From assembly GCA_963422645.2 (NCBI GenBank), contig CAXXVO010000005.1:64001-128000 (forward strand): a stretch of 64,000 nucleotides of DNA. Direction: 5' to 3'. The stretch is from Alphaproteobacteria bacterium (GTDB taxonomy: Bacteria; Pseudomonadota; Alphaproteobacteria; UBA828). A model generated the notes under the pieces. That model searched no databases and was not told where the DNA came from. It saw only the letters and a program-made list of their open reading frames with translations. The translations under genes and the position numbers were made by a program. Shown in pieces: positions 1 to 9,957 of the stretch (position 1 is the stretch's first letter; each line of letters starts with the position of its first letter).

Positions 1-737
1 CGGCACGTCATGGCGCTGCACGAGAGCCTGTGCGAGACCCCCGCGATGGCCAACATGGCGATCGAGACCCTGAGCCACATGTACGCCCTCGCCCGAGGCT
101 GGGGCATGGTGCCCGAGGACCGCGACGATCCCTGCCAGTCTATCCCGATGAATCCCAAGCGCAGGCGGGAGCGATTTCTCACCGATGCCGAATTTACCCG
201 TCTCGGGCAGGTACTGGACGAGGTCTCGGGCAAGGGCAGCCGGATTTCGGCCGGCGCGGTTACGACGATCCGCCTGCTGATGCTCACCGGTTGCCGCAGA
301 AACGAAATCCTCACCCTGCGCTGGGAGCATGTCGATCTCGACAAAGCCGAGGTCCGCATCGTCGACGGAAAAACCGGCAACCGCACGGTCCACTTGTCGC
401 CCTCGGCTGTCCGCGTGCTTCAGGCCCTGCCGCGCAAGCCGCACACTCCCTGGCTTATTCCGGGACTCAAGCCGGGCAAACACATGACCGACATCGACGG
501 GGCGGGGCGTGGGAGACCATCCGCGCGCGGGCGGGGCTCCACGACGTGCGCGTCCACGACATCCGACACTCCTTTGCCTCAAGGGCGCTTGCGCTCGGCG
601 AAGGCCTGCCGATCATCGGCCGGCTCCTCGGTCACCGCCGGATGGAGATGACCGCGCGCTATGCGCATCTCGCCCGTGATTCCGTCAGGGAATCCGCCGA
701 ACGCATCGCCGTCAGCATTGCGGCGGATATCTGGTAG
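1..737 (+). pseudogene. Tyrosine recombinase/phage integrase, 5'-partial, frameshifted near 500-510
   Basis: LLMLTGCRRNEI (catalytic R) in one frame; HDIRHSFAS and LLGH...TARYAH in another. A GGGGC duplication at about 499-508 accounts for the shift. Confidence 0.85.
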
Positions 738-2480
738 GCGCTTCAGTCCCGATCGCCCGGACGTAGCGCAAGCATGACCGGCCCCTACGGCGATACTCCA
801 TTGCTCCACATGCCGGCGGTCGCGCTTCGAGGTCTCCCTCGACCTGACGCGGCAGCGACATCCTTTCCAGCTTCTCGCGGCCATCGCCGTCAGCCCGCTG
901 GACGTCCCGGCCGTTCGGGCGCATTTCAGCGTCACCTCCAGGCCGGTGCCGGGACCCGTCCCGAGGCCGCTCGGCCCGGCATCGCCTGCGTCGTCGGCCG
1001 AAGCGGCGAGGTCGCGCGGGTGGCTGCAGGCGGCGAAGTCCGCGACGTCCACGAACGGACCGTCGCGGCTGTGCTTGAACTCCCGCCGATCCTAGCCGCT
1101 GTGCCAAGGCAACAACCCCTGTACCGCCCTTGTCTCAGCAGCCTATGGACGGCAACGAACTATAATGGTAACTGCCCAGGTCGTCTGATTTGTCATTTTG
1201 GGCCAGTGGATTGAGGCGTTTCTCGTTCGGAGTTGGTGGAAAGGGCTTGACGGGAATTTCGGGAAATGACTCAACAACGACATGAGCAATCCCGAGTCGC
1301 CGCGCGGCCCTTCGACGGGAGCAGCGCCCGAAACGCCCGCGCAGAAGATCGCCCGCCTGGAGGAGGAGAACGCCCGGCTTCGGGAGGAAAATGCCTGGCT
1401 TCGGCAGCAGAACGCGCGGCTGGAAGAGCAAGTCGCGCGTCTCGTCGAGCGCATCGAGGAGTTGGAGCGCCGTCTCGGCCTCAACAGCGGCAACAGCGGC
1501 AAGCCGCCTTCGAGCGATGGGCTGAGGAAGCCGAATTCGAAGCGGCGAACCCGAAGCCTGCGCGGCAAATCGGGCCGCAAGCCCGGTGGCCAGCCCGGCC
1601 ACAAGGGCAAGACGCTGCGCCGCGCCGATCACCCGGATCGGGTGAAGGATCACGTCCCGGCTTCCTGCAAGGGATGCGGTTCGCCGCTTTCGGACGCGGC
1701 CAGGGCGGGAACGCCCGTCGCCCGCCAGGTGTTCGATCTGCCCGAGCCGAGCCCCCTGGAGGTGACCGAGCACCGGGCGCATGCCAAGTGCTGCGGGCAT
1801 TGCGGGACGGTGACCCGGGCGGCGTTCCCCGACGGGGTGTCGGCGCCGGTGCAGTACGGCCCGCGCATTGCCGGGGTGGCGGTCTACCTTCAGCACGCTC
1901 ACTTCCTGCCGGAGGATCGGCTGTCGCAGGTGATGGCCGAGCTCTTCGGCGCGCCGGTGACGGCTGCGACGTTGGCGACGATGAGCGAGAGGGCGGCCGA
2001 GCGGCTTGCGGGACGCGGCCTTGCACATACAGGACCTGGCGGCGGGCACGGCGCGGGTGAAACACATGGACGAGACCGGCTTGCGGATCGGCGGTCAGAC
2101 GCAGTGGCTTCATGTGATCTGCACGCCGCTGCTGGCGGCGTACCGGGTCAGCGGCAAGCGCGGCGCCCTGCTCTCGGGTGTCTCCGGCATCGTCGTGCAC
2201 GATCACTGGAAGCCGTACTTCGCGATGGAAGGGGTGGAGCACGGCCTGTGCAACGCCCATCACCTGCGGGAGTTGCAGGCGCTGGTGGACATCGAAGGGG
2301 AGGCTTGGGCCCGGCGGATGCAGCAGCTCCTGCGCCGAGCCAATCGCGCCGCCCGCATCGCGCTGGACAAAACAGTCATGGTCCCCGCGGTTCTGAGCCA
2401 CCCCGTGGCATGAAACAGGAGCGGTTCGGCTGACGTTTTCCTTGCGCTTGCACCCATTTGCCGTGTCAGGATGGGTATTG

Positions 2481-2661
2481 GCGGAGGTGGGGACGTGTGA
2501 GCGTCGTTATATCGGTGACGTAGTTCCCGATGACAAAACTGCTTCCGGCGGCCGGCTCCGCACCCCGTATTGTACCCGGCCCGTGGCCGTGGACGCGCGG
2601 CAAATTGCACCGCACCCGCTCGTCGGATGCGTGTTCTTCCGACCGCTGTCCCCGCCTCCAC
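2481..2661 (+). ncRNA. Candidate IS110 bridge/seek RNA in the left non-coding end
   Basis: 12-bp long-range stem 2483-2494/2648-2659 encloses hairpins ATCGG/CCGAT and GGCCGG/CCGGCC. IS110-group elements are known to encode such RNAs upstream of the recombinase. Confidence 0.55.
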
Positions 2662-2724
2662 CGTGGCGATGCCACGGCGTGATCGTACGCCGCCGTGGCG
2701 AGAGCGCAAATGAGGAGGAAGGCG

Positions 2725-3975
2725 ATGAAGACGGAAGGCTTGCACGTCGTCCGGCCGCGCGCGGCGGGTCTGGACGTGCACAAGATGGAGATCACCGCGA
2801 CGGTTCGCCTCTGTGAGGGCGAGGGTGAGCCGGTGGTGGAGACGCGCTGCTTCGGCACGCTGCCGAGCGGTCTGGAGGAGATGGTCGCGTGGCTGACCGG
2901 TCACGGCGTCGAGGCTGCGGTGATGGAAGGGACCGGGGTCTACTGGCAGGCGCCCTTCGCGGCCCTGGAGGCGGCCGGGCTCGAGGCGATCCTGGTGCAT
3001 GCGCGTCAGGTGAAGCAGTTGAAGGGGCGCAAGACCGACGTGGCGGACAGCGTGTGGCTGGCCTGCGTGTGCCAGTTCGGGCTCTGCACGCCTTCCCACG
3101 TTCCGCCTGAGCCGTTCCGGGAGCTGCGCGCACTGAGCCGCCAGCGCCGCGTCCTGGTCAGGCAGCGCTCCGCCGTGCGCAACCGCGTGCAGAAGATCAT
3201 CGACCGCGCCGGTGCGCGCATCGGCGGCATCCTCTCCGACGTCTTCGGCGTCAACGGCCGGAAGATCCTCGACGGCCTGGCGCAGGGGACGGCGCGCGAG
3301 GTCATCCTCGCCTCGCTCACCAGCCACGTTGCGAACAAGCTGGAGGGGCTCGGCGAGGCGCTCACCCTGAGCCTGGGCGACAACGACCGCTTCATGCTCA
3401 ACGACCTGCTGGAGGAGCATGACGCGCTTGAGGCGCGCATCGCGTCCTACACCAGGAAGATCGACGGGCAGATGACACCGTGGGAGGAGCAGCTCCGTCT
3501 GCTGACCACCATCCCCGGCATCGACCGCACCGCCGCCTCGACCATCCTCATCGAGATCGGCCCCGACATCGGCGTGTTCGCCTCCAAGGAGCACTTCGCC
3601 GCCTGGGCCGGGCTCTGCCCCGGCAACAACGAGAGCGGGGGCAAGCGCCGCAACGCACGCACCCGCATGGGCTCCAAGACCCTGCGCGCCTGCCTCGTCG
3701 AGTGTGCCCACGGCGCGGCCCGAACCAAGGGGTGCCAGTTCGAGGCTCATCACCGCGCCCTCGCCGCCCGGCGCGGCTACAAGCGCGCCATCGTCGCCGG
3801 CGCTCACAAGATGCTGCGCATCATCTATGTGGTGCTCAAGACCGGCAGGCCCTACTACGACCGCACGGCCGACTACGACGCTCTGATGGTCAAGCGCAAC
3901 GCTCCTCGGTGGATCCGCATGCTCCGCCGCTACGGCTACATCGAGCCCGTAGGCGCGGAACTCAAGGCCGCCTGA
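2725..3975 (+). CDS. IS110-family DEDD recombinase/transposase (intact)
   Basis: GLDVHK, MEGTG, KTDVADS (DEDD); IPGI and GLCPGNNESGGK (catalytic Ser); GAGGAGG RBS upstream. Confidence 0.95.
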   Translation: MKTEGLHVVRPRAAGLDVHKMEITATVRLCEGEGEPVVETRCFGTLPSGLEEMVAWLTGHGVEAAVMEGTGVYWQAPFAALEAAGLEAILVHARQVKQLKGRKTDVADSVWLACVCQFGLCTPSHVPPEPFRELRALSRQRRVLVRQRSAVRNRVQKIIDRAGARIGGILSDVFGVNGRKILDGLAQGTAREVILASLTSHVANKLEGLGEALTLSLGDNDRFMLNDLLEEHDALEARIASYTRKIDGQMTPWEEQLRLLTTIPGIDRTAASTILIEIGPDIGVFASKEHFAAWAGLCPGNNESGGKRRNARTRMGSKTLRACLVECAHGAARTKGCQFEAHHRALAARRGYKRAIVAGAHKMLRIIYVVLKTGRPYYDRTADYDALMVKRNAPRWIRMLRRYGYIEPVGAELKAA

Positions 3976-4850
3976 GCGGCCCGCATCTCGTCAGCCGGCT
4001 ACGCGGGACCGCTTCGGACCACATCGGGGAAGTCCACCGCTCGTCTCCGCCGCGCCGACCCTGGCGGTCTCAGCCAACGCCGTGACCTCGGGGTTGGAGC
4101 GTCACCGCGCGTCCCTCGCCAGAATCTGTTTCACGGCATATCGCCGTTCCGGCGAGGCTTGTGGCGCTGATCGAGCGCCGATACGACGAGATCATCGCCG
4201 ATGCGCTGGCCTTTCACGAGAGCCAACCACCGTTCTCGCCTGGCAAGAGGAAGAAGCGCCGGAAGCGAAGGATCGGTCACAATCTGGCCTTGAGGCTGCG
4301 CGACCACAAATGCGCGGTGCTCCGGTTCCTGATCGACCTCGAGGTCGGGTTCACGAACAACGAGGCCGAGCGCGACCTTCGGATGATGAAGCTGCGCCAG
4401 AAGATCTCCGGGGGCTTCCGGTCCGCGCAGGGGGCCGAGAACTTCGCCATCCTGCGCAGCGTCATCACCACCGCCAGAAAGCAGGGCTGGAATATCATCG
4501 AAGCCCTGACCAGCCCATCGGATCGGCTCATCGCCACCGTCAAGTGCGCGTAAGCTCACCTGGCACGGGTTCTCCAACAGCGGAGCCATTCTCATAAACG
4601 ATCATGGTCGACGCCGTGCTGGACCACCCCATAGAATGAAAATCGGTGCCCGTCGCGCGGGCGGACTTCGGGCCACATCGGGGTAGCTTACCGGTCGCAG
4701 TCCGCAAGAGGGGCATCGTGAGCTGTGAAACCCGGCGACCATAGAGGAGCACACGGGCGTCGCGTGGGTAGCGTTGTGCCGAATCCCAGAGAATTTTCAC
4801 AGCAAGAACCTGGGCAGTTACCTATAATGTTACTGTTTTTCGTCAAGGTT

Positions 4851-4963
4851 CAGACTTCCTGACCTCGTGATGCTGGCTGTTCTGGGCAGCGTGCCGGGAA
4901 CTCCTTGAATTCTGATACATTTCGGTTGTTTCAGGCGGTTTTTCGCTGGGTGTCGCGCCCGAG
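4851..4963 (+). mobile_element. Orphan left end of the IS at 33573-36084
   Basis: 113 bp matching 33573-33685, starting CAGACTTCCTGACCTC; truncated by the MITE at 4964. Confidence 0.9.
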
Positions 4964-5055
4964 TGTTGTTAAGCGTCGAATCTTGACCCCCTAGAATCTA
5001 GCTTGTTCAAAGGGTTACAGTGCCGATCGGCGTCGAAAACCCGCGCCGAACAACA
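4964..5055. mobile_element. 92-bp MITE with IS21-like ends
   Basis: TGTTGTT...AACAACA termini and internal GCGTCGAA repeats; no TSD; joins two truncated sequences. Confidence 0.65.
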
Positions 5056-5160
5056 GCTCGCGTGGTCGCAGACCAGCAGCACGCGCGACGTACTCCCCTG
5101 GTTGAGGGTCTCGAAGGGCGGCGGGTCGCCGGGCCCGAGCAGCGTCGCAGGCTTCGCCAC
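5056..5160 (-). pseudogene. N-terminal fragment of N-formylglutamate amidohydrolase
   Basis: LLGPGDPPPFETLN...RVLLVCDHAS is the typical N-terminus of the family; it ends at the MITE. Confidence 0.75.
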
Positions 5161-5162
5161 GC

Positions 5163-6305
5163 CTAGACCTTGTAGATGCGGCGCGCGTTCTCGACGCCGA
5201 TCAGGGAGGCGATGCGCTCGGCGTCCGCGCCCGAGCACTCGCCCTCCTCCACCCAGCGGCCGAGCGCGCGGGCAAGCGCGGTGCGGAAGCGCAGCGCGCC
5301 CAGGTAGTAGAGCTCCCCAAGGCCGAAGGCGTCGGTGCTGAAGAGCTGCTTCGTGAAGGGCACGAGCTCCAGCGCCTCGTCCATGATCCGCTGGTAGCTC
5401 GGCCCCACCCAGTTCAACGCGAAGCCCACGTCGAAGTAGACGCAGGGGAAGTTCTCCGACATCAGCCCCGCTTCGCGGTGGAAGGGGTAGCAGTGCAGCA
5501 GCGTGATGGGGAAGCCCCAGGGCTCCACCGCCTTGATCCAGGGCGTGAGATGGCTCGGGTCCACGCGGTGCAGCTCGATGTCGGGATCGCCGATGCCGAT
5601 ATGGAACTGGATCGGGAAGCCCCGCTCGCGTGCGATGTCGGCGCCGGTCCAGATCAGATGCCGCTCCAGCACCGGGTCTGTGAGCCGCACCTGGCCGGTC
5701 TGCTCGATCTCGGCGAGCCAGCGCCCTGCCGCCGCCTCGACCTCGGCGGGCGGCGGCTTCGCGTAGTCGATGCGGAGCGTCGCGCGGTACGCCAGGATCG
5801 ACTTGAGGCCGACGACCTGGTCGCCGAGGGACTCGCGCAAGGCCGCCTGGAAGGCCTGCGCGAAGCCCGCCGCAGAGACGCCGCCCTCAGCGACCCTCTC
5901 GGCGACCGATTCCATGCGCACGATCTCCCGCGCCGGCGCGCCGCCGATCGCGCCCACCTCGGCCACGCCGCAGAGCTCCTCCGGCCGGTTGCCGCTATCC
6001 ACGACATAGGTGCCGATCCCCGACGCGGCGAGGAAGCGCCGGTTCACCTCTTCGGCGCCGATCGCACGCCGGCGCTCGGCATAGTCGGCGGGCGCACAGA
6101 ATGGCTCCAGGTCCAGCAGGGGCGCGCACCAGCGCCGCAGGCTGAGCGCCACCGGCTTGTCCCAGTGGCTGGTGCCCGCCGGCGCCGGCGCAAAGGCCTC
6201 GCTCAGCGAATCGGCAAGCCGCTCGTCATCCAGGTCCACGGGAAAGAGGCCGTGGCAGTGATGGTCCACCAGGGGCAGCGCGTCGATGAAGTCGCTAATA
6301 GGCAT
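5163..6305 (-). CDS. Amidohydrolase family protein (FluG N-terminal/nodulin-6-like)
   Basis: VDHHCH, LKSILAYR, QFHIGIGD, LLHCYPF, FSTD motifs. Confidence 0.85.
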   Translation of the reverse strand: MPISDFIDALPLVDHHCHGLFPVDLDDERLADSLSEAFAPAPAGTSHWDKPVALSLRRWCAPLLDLEPFCAPADYAERRRAIGAEEVNRRFLAASGIGTYVVDSGNRPEELCGVAEVGAIGGAPAREIVRMESVAERVAEGGVSAAGFAQAFQAALRESLGDQVVGLKSILAYRATLRIDYAKPPPAEVEAAAGRWLAEIEQTGQVRLTDPVLERHLIWTGADIARERGFPIQFHIGIGDPDIELHRVDPSHLTPWIKAVEPWGFPITLLHCYPFHREAGLMSENFPCVYFDVGFALNWVGPSYQRIMDEALELVPFTKQLFSTDAFGLGELYYLGALRFRTALARALGRWVEEGECSGADAERIASLIGVENARRIYKV

Positions 6306-7608
6306 CGAGATAACTCCGAATTACTGCGTCGGGGGCAAGCTCGCCCGCCGCCGCGAGCTCATGGCGCTTGAGCGAAACATAAGCCTGCCAGAGCGGATCG
6401 GGAAACCAGCCGCGCACCGCGTCCTCCGCTTCCGCCGCCGCGAGCGCCTCTTCGAGCGAATGCGGCAGCCAGCGCACGCCGAGCGCTTCTCGTTCCGCGT
6501 CGCTGAGATCGGAGGGATCGCGCTCGACCAGCGGCGGCGTCGGCAGGCCCTCGCGCAGGCCTTCGAGCCCCGCCTGGACCAGCACCGCCAGCGTCACATG
6601 GGGCGAGGCGGCGGCATCGGCCGGCCTGAACTCGAAGTTGTACTGCGCGGCATCGACCCCATCCGGTCCGTGCCGGCCGGAGCAGATGCGGATCGCCGCC
6701 TCGCGGTTGTCGGCGCCGAAGGCCGCGGCCCCGCCCGCCCAGTGGCCCGGCGCGAGCCGCAGGTAGGAGACCGGCGCGGGCGCCGTGAAGGCCGTGAGCG
6801 CCGGCAGGCGACGCATGATCCCCGCGACGAAGCTGCCGGCCTGCGCGGCCACGCCCGCCGGCTGCGCCGGGTCGTGCGAGACCGGCGCACCGTCGAGGTC
6901 TTGTAGGCTCAGGTGCACGTGAACCCCGTTGCCGAACCCCTGCGCCGCAATCATCGGCGTGAAGGTCGCGCGATATCCCTCGCGGGTTGCGACGGCGCGC
7001 ACCAGCTCGCGCACCAGCAGCGCCCGGTCGGCGGCAGCGAGACCCATTGCCGGGCGGCAGTTCACCTCGTACTGGCCGGGGCCGCCCTCCGGCTCGAAGG
7101 TCTCGGGTTCGAGTCCCGCGGCCCGCAGCGCCGCCACCAGCACGGCGCCAAAGCCGAGCGCCTGCTCGTGGGCGATGATGCTGTAGTTGGGCCCAATCCG
7201 CTCCAGCCCCTCCACCAGATAGAACTCCTGCTCGAAGGCGGCCATGAGTCGCAGCCCGAACTCCTCTTCGAGAGCGTCCAGCGCGCGCCGCAGCAAGGCC
7301 CTGAGGCAGGCCTCCCAGGGCGTGCCGTCGGGCGCGATGCCGTCGCAGATATAGGCGTGGAAGGGAGGCTGTTCCGGCCACAGATCGACTCGAGCACCCG
7401 CCTCCCGGTCGGCCACCAGCCAGACATCGCCGAGCGCACCCCAGGGGCTCGGCGCCAGCGTGGAGAGCGGGCCGATCGACTGCGCCACCGGCACCCAGCC
7501 GATGCCGGTCTCGAGACGCCGCTCGAGATCGGCCGCCGGGAAGCCCCGCCCGCGCATGAGGCCGGCCAGATCGGGCCATCCGAAAAAAACCAGCTCCTCG
7601 CCCCGCAT
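6295..7608 (-). CDS. Glutamine synthetase-like gamma-glutamyl ligase
   Basis: AFEQEF, EGGPGQYE, GNGVHVHLS, NREAAIR, FEFRPAD motifs. Confidence 0.9.
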   Translation of the reverse strand: MRGEELVFFGWPDLAGLMRGRGFPAADLERRLETGIGWVPVAQSIGPLSTLAPSPWGALGDVWLVADREAGARVDLWPEQPPFHAYICDGIAPDGTPWEACLRALLRRALDALEEEFGLRLMAAFEQEFYLVEGLERIGPNYSIIAHEQALGFGAVLVAALRAAGLEPETFEPEGGPGQYEVNCRPAMGLAAADRALLVRELVRAVATREGYRATFTPMIAAQGFGNGVHVHLSLQDLDGAPVSHDPAQPAGVAAQAGSFVAGIMRRLPALTAFTAPAPVSYLRLAPGHWAGGAAAFGADNREAAIRICSGRHGPDGVDAAQYNFEFRPADAAASPHVTLAVLVQAGLEGLREGLPTPPLVERDPSDLSDAEREALGVRWLPHSLEEALAAAEAEDAVRGWFPDPLWQAYVSLKRHELAAAGELAPDAVIRSYLDAY

Positions 7609-7736
7609 CCGCGCCCTCGCCTTGCCGCGCCGCCACTTTAGCCCGCCTTTCTCACCAAGGTCATGGTCTGCGCGTCGTGCGGAAACGCACGCGGCGCTTC
7701 ATGCTATCGTCCGGCCGCAATCGGCGGGAGGGGAGC

Positions 7737-8516
7737 ATGGCGATCACCTTAGAGGGCAAGGCCGCGATCGTGACCGGCGCGGGCCGCGGCATCGGCAAGG
7801 GCATCGCGACGGTGTTCGCGAACGAGGGCGCGAGCGTGCTGGTGGTGAACCGCAGCGCCGCGGCCGGCCAGGCCACGGCCGACGAGATCGCGGCCGCCGG
7901 CGGCGAGGCCTCGTTCCTCCAGGCCGACGTCAAGGAGCGCGCCGACATGGAGCGGATGGCGGCAGCCTGCATCGAGCGCTACGGCGCCATCGACGTCTTC
8001 TGCGCCAACGCCGGGATCTTCCCCACCTCCCACATCGTGGACATGAGCGACGAGACCTGGGACGACGTGCTCGACACCAACCTCAAGGGCGTCTTCTACG
8101 GGATGCGGGCCTGCATCCCGCAGATGAAGGCGCAAGGCCGCGGCCGCATCGTGGTGATCTCGTCGATCACCGGCCCCAATGTCGGCTGGCCCGGGCTCTC
8201 GCACTACATGGCGTCCAAAGGTGGCGTGAACGCGCTCGTCAGGGGCGCCGCGCTGGAGCTCGCCAAGCACGACATCACGGTCAATGCGATCTCCCCCGGC
8301 TCGATCATGACGCCGGGCCTGGTGGAGCTCGGCGGGGAGCAGGTGGAAGAGATCAGGGCGATCATCCCGGCCGGCTATATCGGCGAGACCGAAGACATCG
8401 CCTACGCCGCCGTCTACCTCGCCAGCGACCAGGCGCGCTACATCACCGGCCAGGCGCTGGTGCTGGACGGCGGCCAGATCCTGCCGGAAAGCCCCGCCGC
8501 CCTCGCCGACGCCTGA
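7737..8516 (+). CDS. SDR family oxidoreductase (FabG-like)
   Basis: TGAGRGIG, NAG, YxxxK (YMASK); RBS GGAGGGGAG upstream. Confidence 0.9.
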   Translation: MAITLEGKAAIVTGAGRGIGKGIATVFANEGASVLVVNRSAAAGQATADEIAAAGGEASFLQADVKERADMERMAAACIERYGAIDVFCANAGIFPTSHIVDMSDETWDDVLDTNLKGVFYGMRACIPQMKAQGRGRIVVISSITGPNVGWPGLSHYMASKGGVNALVRGAALELAKHDITVNAISPGSIMTPGLVELGGEQVEEIRAIIPAGYIGETEDIAYAAVYLASDQARYITGQALVLDGGQILPESPAALADA

Positions 8517-8585
8517 GCCGCGAGCGCCCCGCGCCGAAGCGGCCCAATTGACAAACCCCGCGCCGCCGCTATCGATGGTGCAGGA

Positions 8586-8662
8586 GCGCCCGTAGCTCAG
8601 CCGGATAGAGCACTTGATTCCTAATCAAGGGGTCGCAGGTTCGAGTCCTGCCGGGCGCGCCA
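8586..8662 (+). tRNA. tRNA-Arg(CCT)
   Basis: GCGCCCG acceptor stem, anticodon arm CTTGA-TTCCTAA-TCAAG, GGTTCGAGTCC T-arm, CCA end. Confidence 0.95.
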
Positions 8663-8804
8663 ACTAAATCAATGATTTGCGGGATTGTCCGAACGGCTGC
8701 GACTCGAAGATGCGTCGGCGTGCCACCATTATGTCATCCGTACCGGAGTGGGGCCCCTGGGGCCGGACAGGCGGCTTGAAATGATTTGACCGGAGCGCCA
8801 AGCC

Positions 8805-9650
8805 CTACGCGGGCGTGGGGGCGCCTGGGACGGGGAGCGTCGGGATGCGGTTTACGTCCTTGTAGAGCAGGTAACGAAACTGCCCGGGTCCGCCGGCGTA
8901 ACAGGCCTGCGGGCAGAAGGCGCGCAGCCACATGTAGTCGCCGGCCTCGACCTCCACCCAGTCCTGGTTGAGCCGGTACACCGCCTTGCCCTCCAGCACG
9001 TAGAGCCCGTGTTCCATGACATGGGTCTCGGCGAAGGGAATCGAACCTCCCGGCTGGAAGGTCACGATGTTCACGTGCATGTCGTGGCGCAGGTCGCCCG
9101 AGTCCACGAAGCGCGTCGTTGCCCAGGCGTCGTCGGTGTCCGGCATCGGCACCGGCGGGACGTCATGGTCGGAGGTCACGAAGCACTCGGGCGCGTCGAT
9201 CCCCTCCAGGGGCTGATACGCCTTGCGGATCCAGTGGAAGCAGGCGGGCTCGCTGCCCGCGTTCGCGATCGTCCAGCGCGTGCCCGGCGCCACGTAGGCA
9301 TAGCCGCCCGGCGAGAGCGTGTGTTCCGCGTTGTCGAGCGTGAGCTGCACTTCGCCAGCCATGACGAAGAGCACGCATTCGACGTGGCCGTCCGGCTCGG
9401 GCCGCTCGCTGCCGCCTCCCGGCTCGAGCTCGACGATCGACTGGGAAAAGGTCGTCGCGAAGCCCGCGACCGGTCGTGACAGCACCCACGCCCGCGTGCC
9501 ATTCCAGTGCGGGAAGTAGCTGGTGACGATGTCGCGCAGCACGCCGCGCGGAATGACCGTGTACGCCTCGGTGATCACGGCGCGGTCGGTCAGCAGCGTC
9601 TGCTGCGGCGGAAGGCCGGCCACCGGCGTGAAATAGCGGCGCGCGCTCAT
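8805..9650 (-). CDS. (S)-ureidoglycine aminohydrolase (bicupin, YlbA/AllE-like)
   Basis: DMHVNIVTFQPGGSIPFAETHVMEHGLYVLEG and CPQAC...FRYLLYKDVNR signatures. Confidence 0.9.
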   Translation of the reverse strand: MSARRYFTPVAGLPPQQTLLTDRAVITEAYTVIPRGVLRDIVTSYFPHWNGTRAWVLSRPVAGFATTFSQSIVELEPGGGSERPEPDGHVECVLFVMAGEVQLTLDNAEHTLSPGGYAYVAPGTRWTIANAGSEPACFHWIRKAYQPLEGIDAPECFVTSDHDVPPVPMPDTDDAWATTRFVDSGDLRHDMHVNIVTFQPGGSIPFAETHVMEHGLYVLEGKAVYRLNQDWVEVEAGDYMWLRAFCPQACYAGGPGQFRYLLYKDVNRIPTLPVPGAPTPA

Positions 9651-9770
9651 CGGCCGGCCAGGTCGTGCCCAATGCTCATCGCGCGCGATCCTCCTTCGAC
9701 CTTGCCGCGCCGCGCATGGCCGCCTGCCCGAGAACGACGGTTCATCCGCTTGCGCGGGCTTGTACGAACA

Positions 9771-9847
<77 letters not shown>

Positions 9848-9957
9848 ACCGGCCCGCATGACGCGGCGTATCGCCGCCGCAGGGCCGCGCGCACTATAGC
9901 GCCCGCCTCCGGGCACGGCCAACTCCCTGCGTGGGTATCCGGCAGCCGAGGAAAATC

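Larger units (their letters stand above)
2407..4139 (+). mobile_element. IS110-family element
   Basis: Absent from IS66 copy 2. Subterminal IR TGAAACAG (2411-2418)/CTGTTTCA (4126-4133); GGCAT at both ends (2407-2411, 4135-4139). Exact ends are uncertain. Confidence 0.8.
1282..4553 (+). pseudogene. IS66 TnpC transposase, frameshifted at ~2005 and split by IS110
   Basis: Coiled-coil N-terminus, NSGKPPSSD, CxxC zinc motifs, HMDETG, VHDHW, CNAHHLRE, FTNNEAERDLR spread over segments 1282-2005, 2006-2370 and 4138-4553. Confidence 0.9.
1168..4821 (+). mobile_element. IS66-family element copy 1 (single TnpC-type ORF), interrupted by IS110
   Basis: 14-bp TIR GTAACTGCCCAGGT/ACCTGGGCAGTTAC; 8-bp TSD CTATAATG at 1160-1167 and 4822-4829; near-identical to 9958-11847. 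Confidence 0.93.

Noticed and set aside
738-1160. ORFs downstream of the integrase
   Set aside because: No recognisable motif in any frame; probably decayed sequence.
4796-4828. Hybrid promoter from the IS66 end plus TATAAT in the TSD
   Set aside because: TTCACA-to-TATAAT spacing is 21 bp, too long for sigma70.
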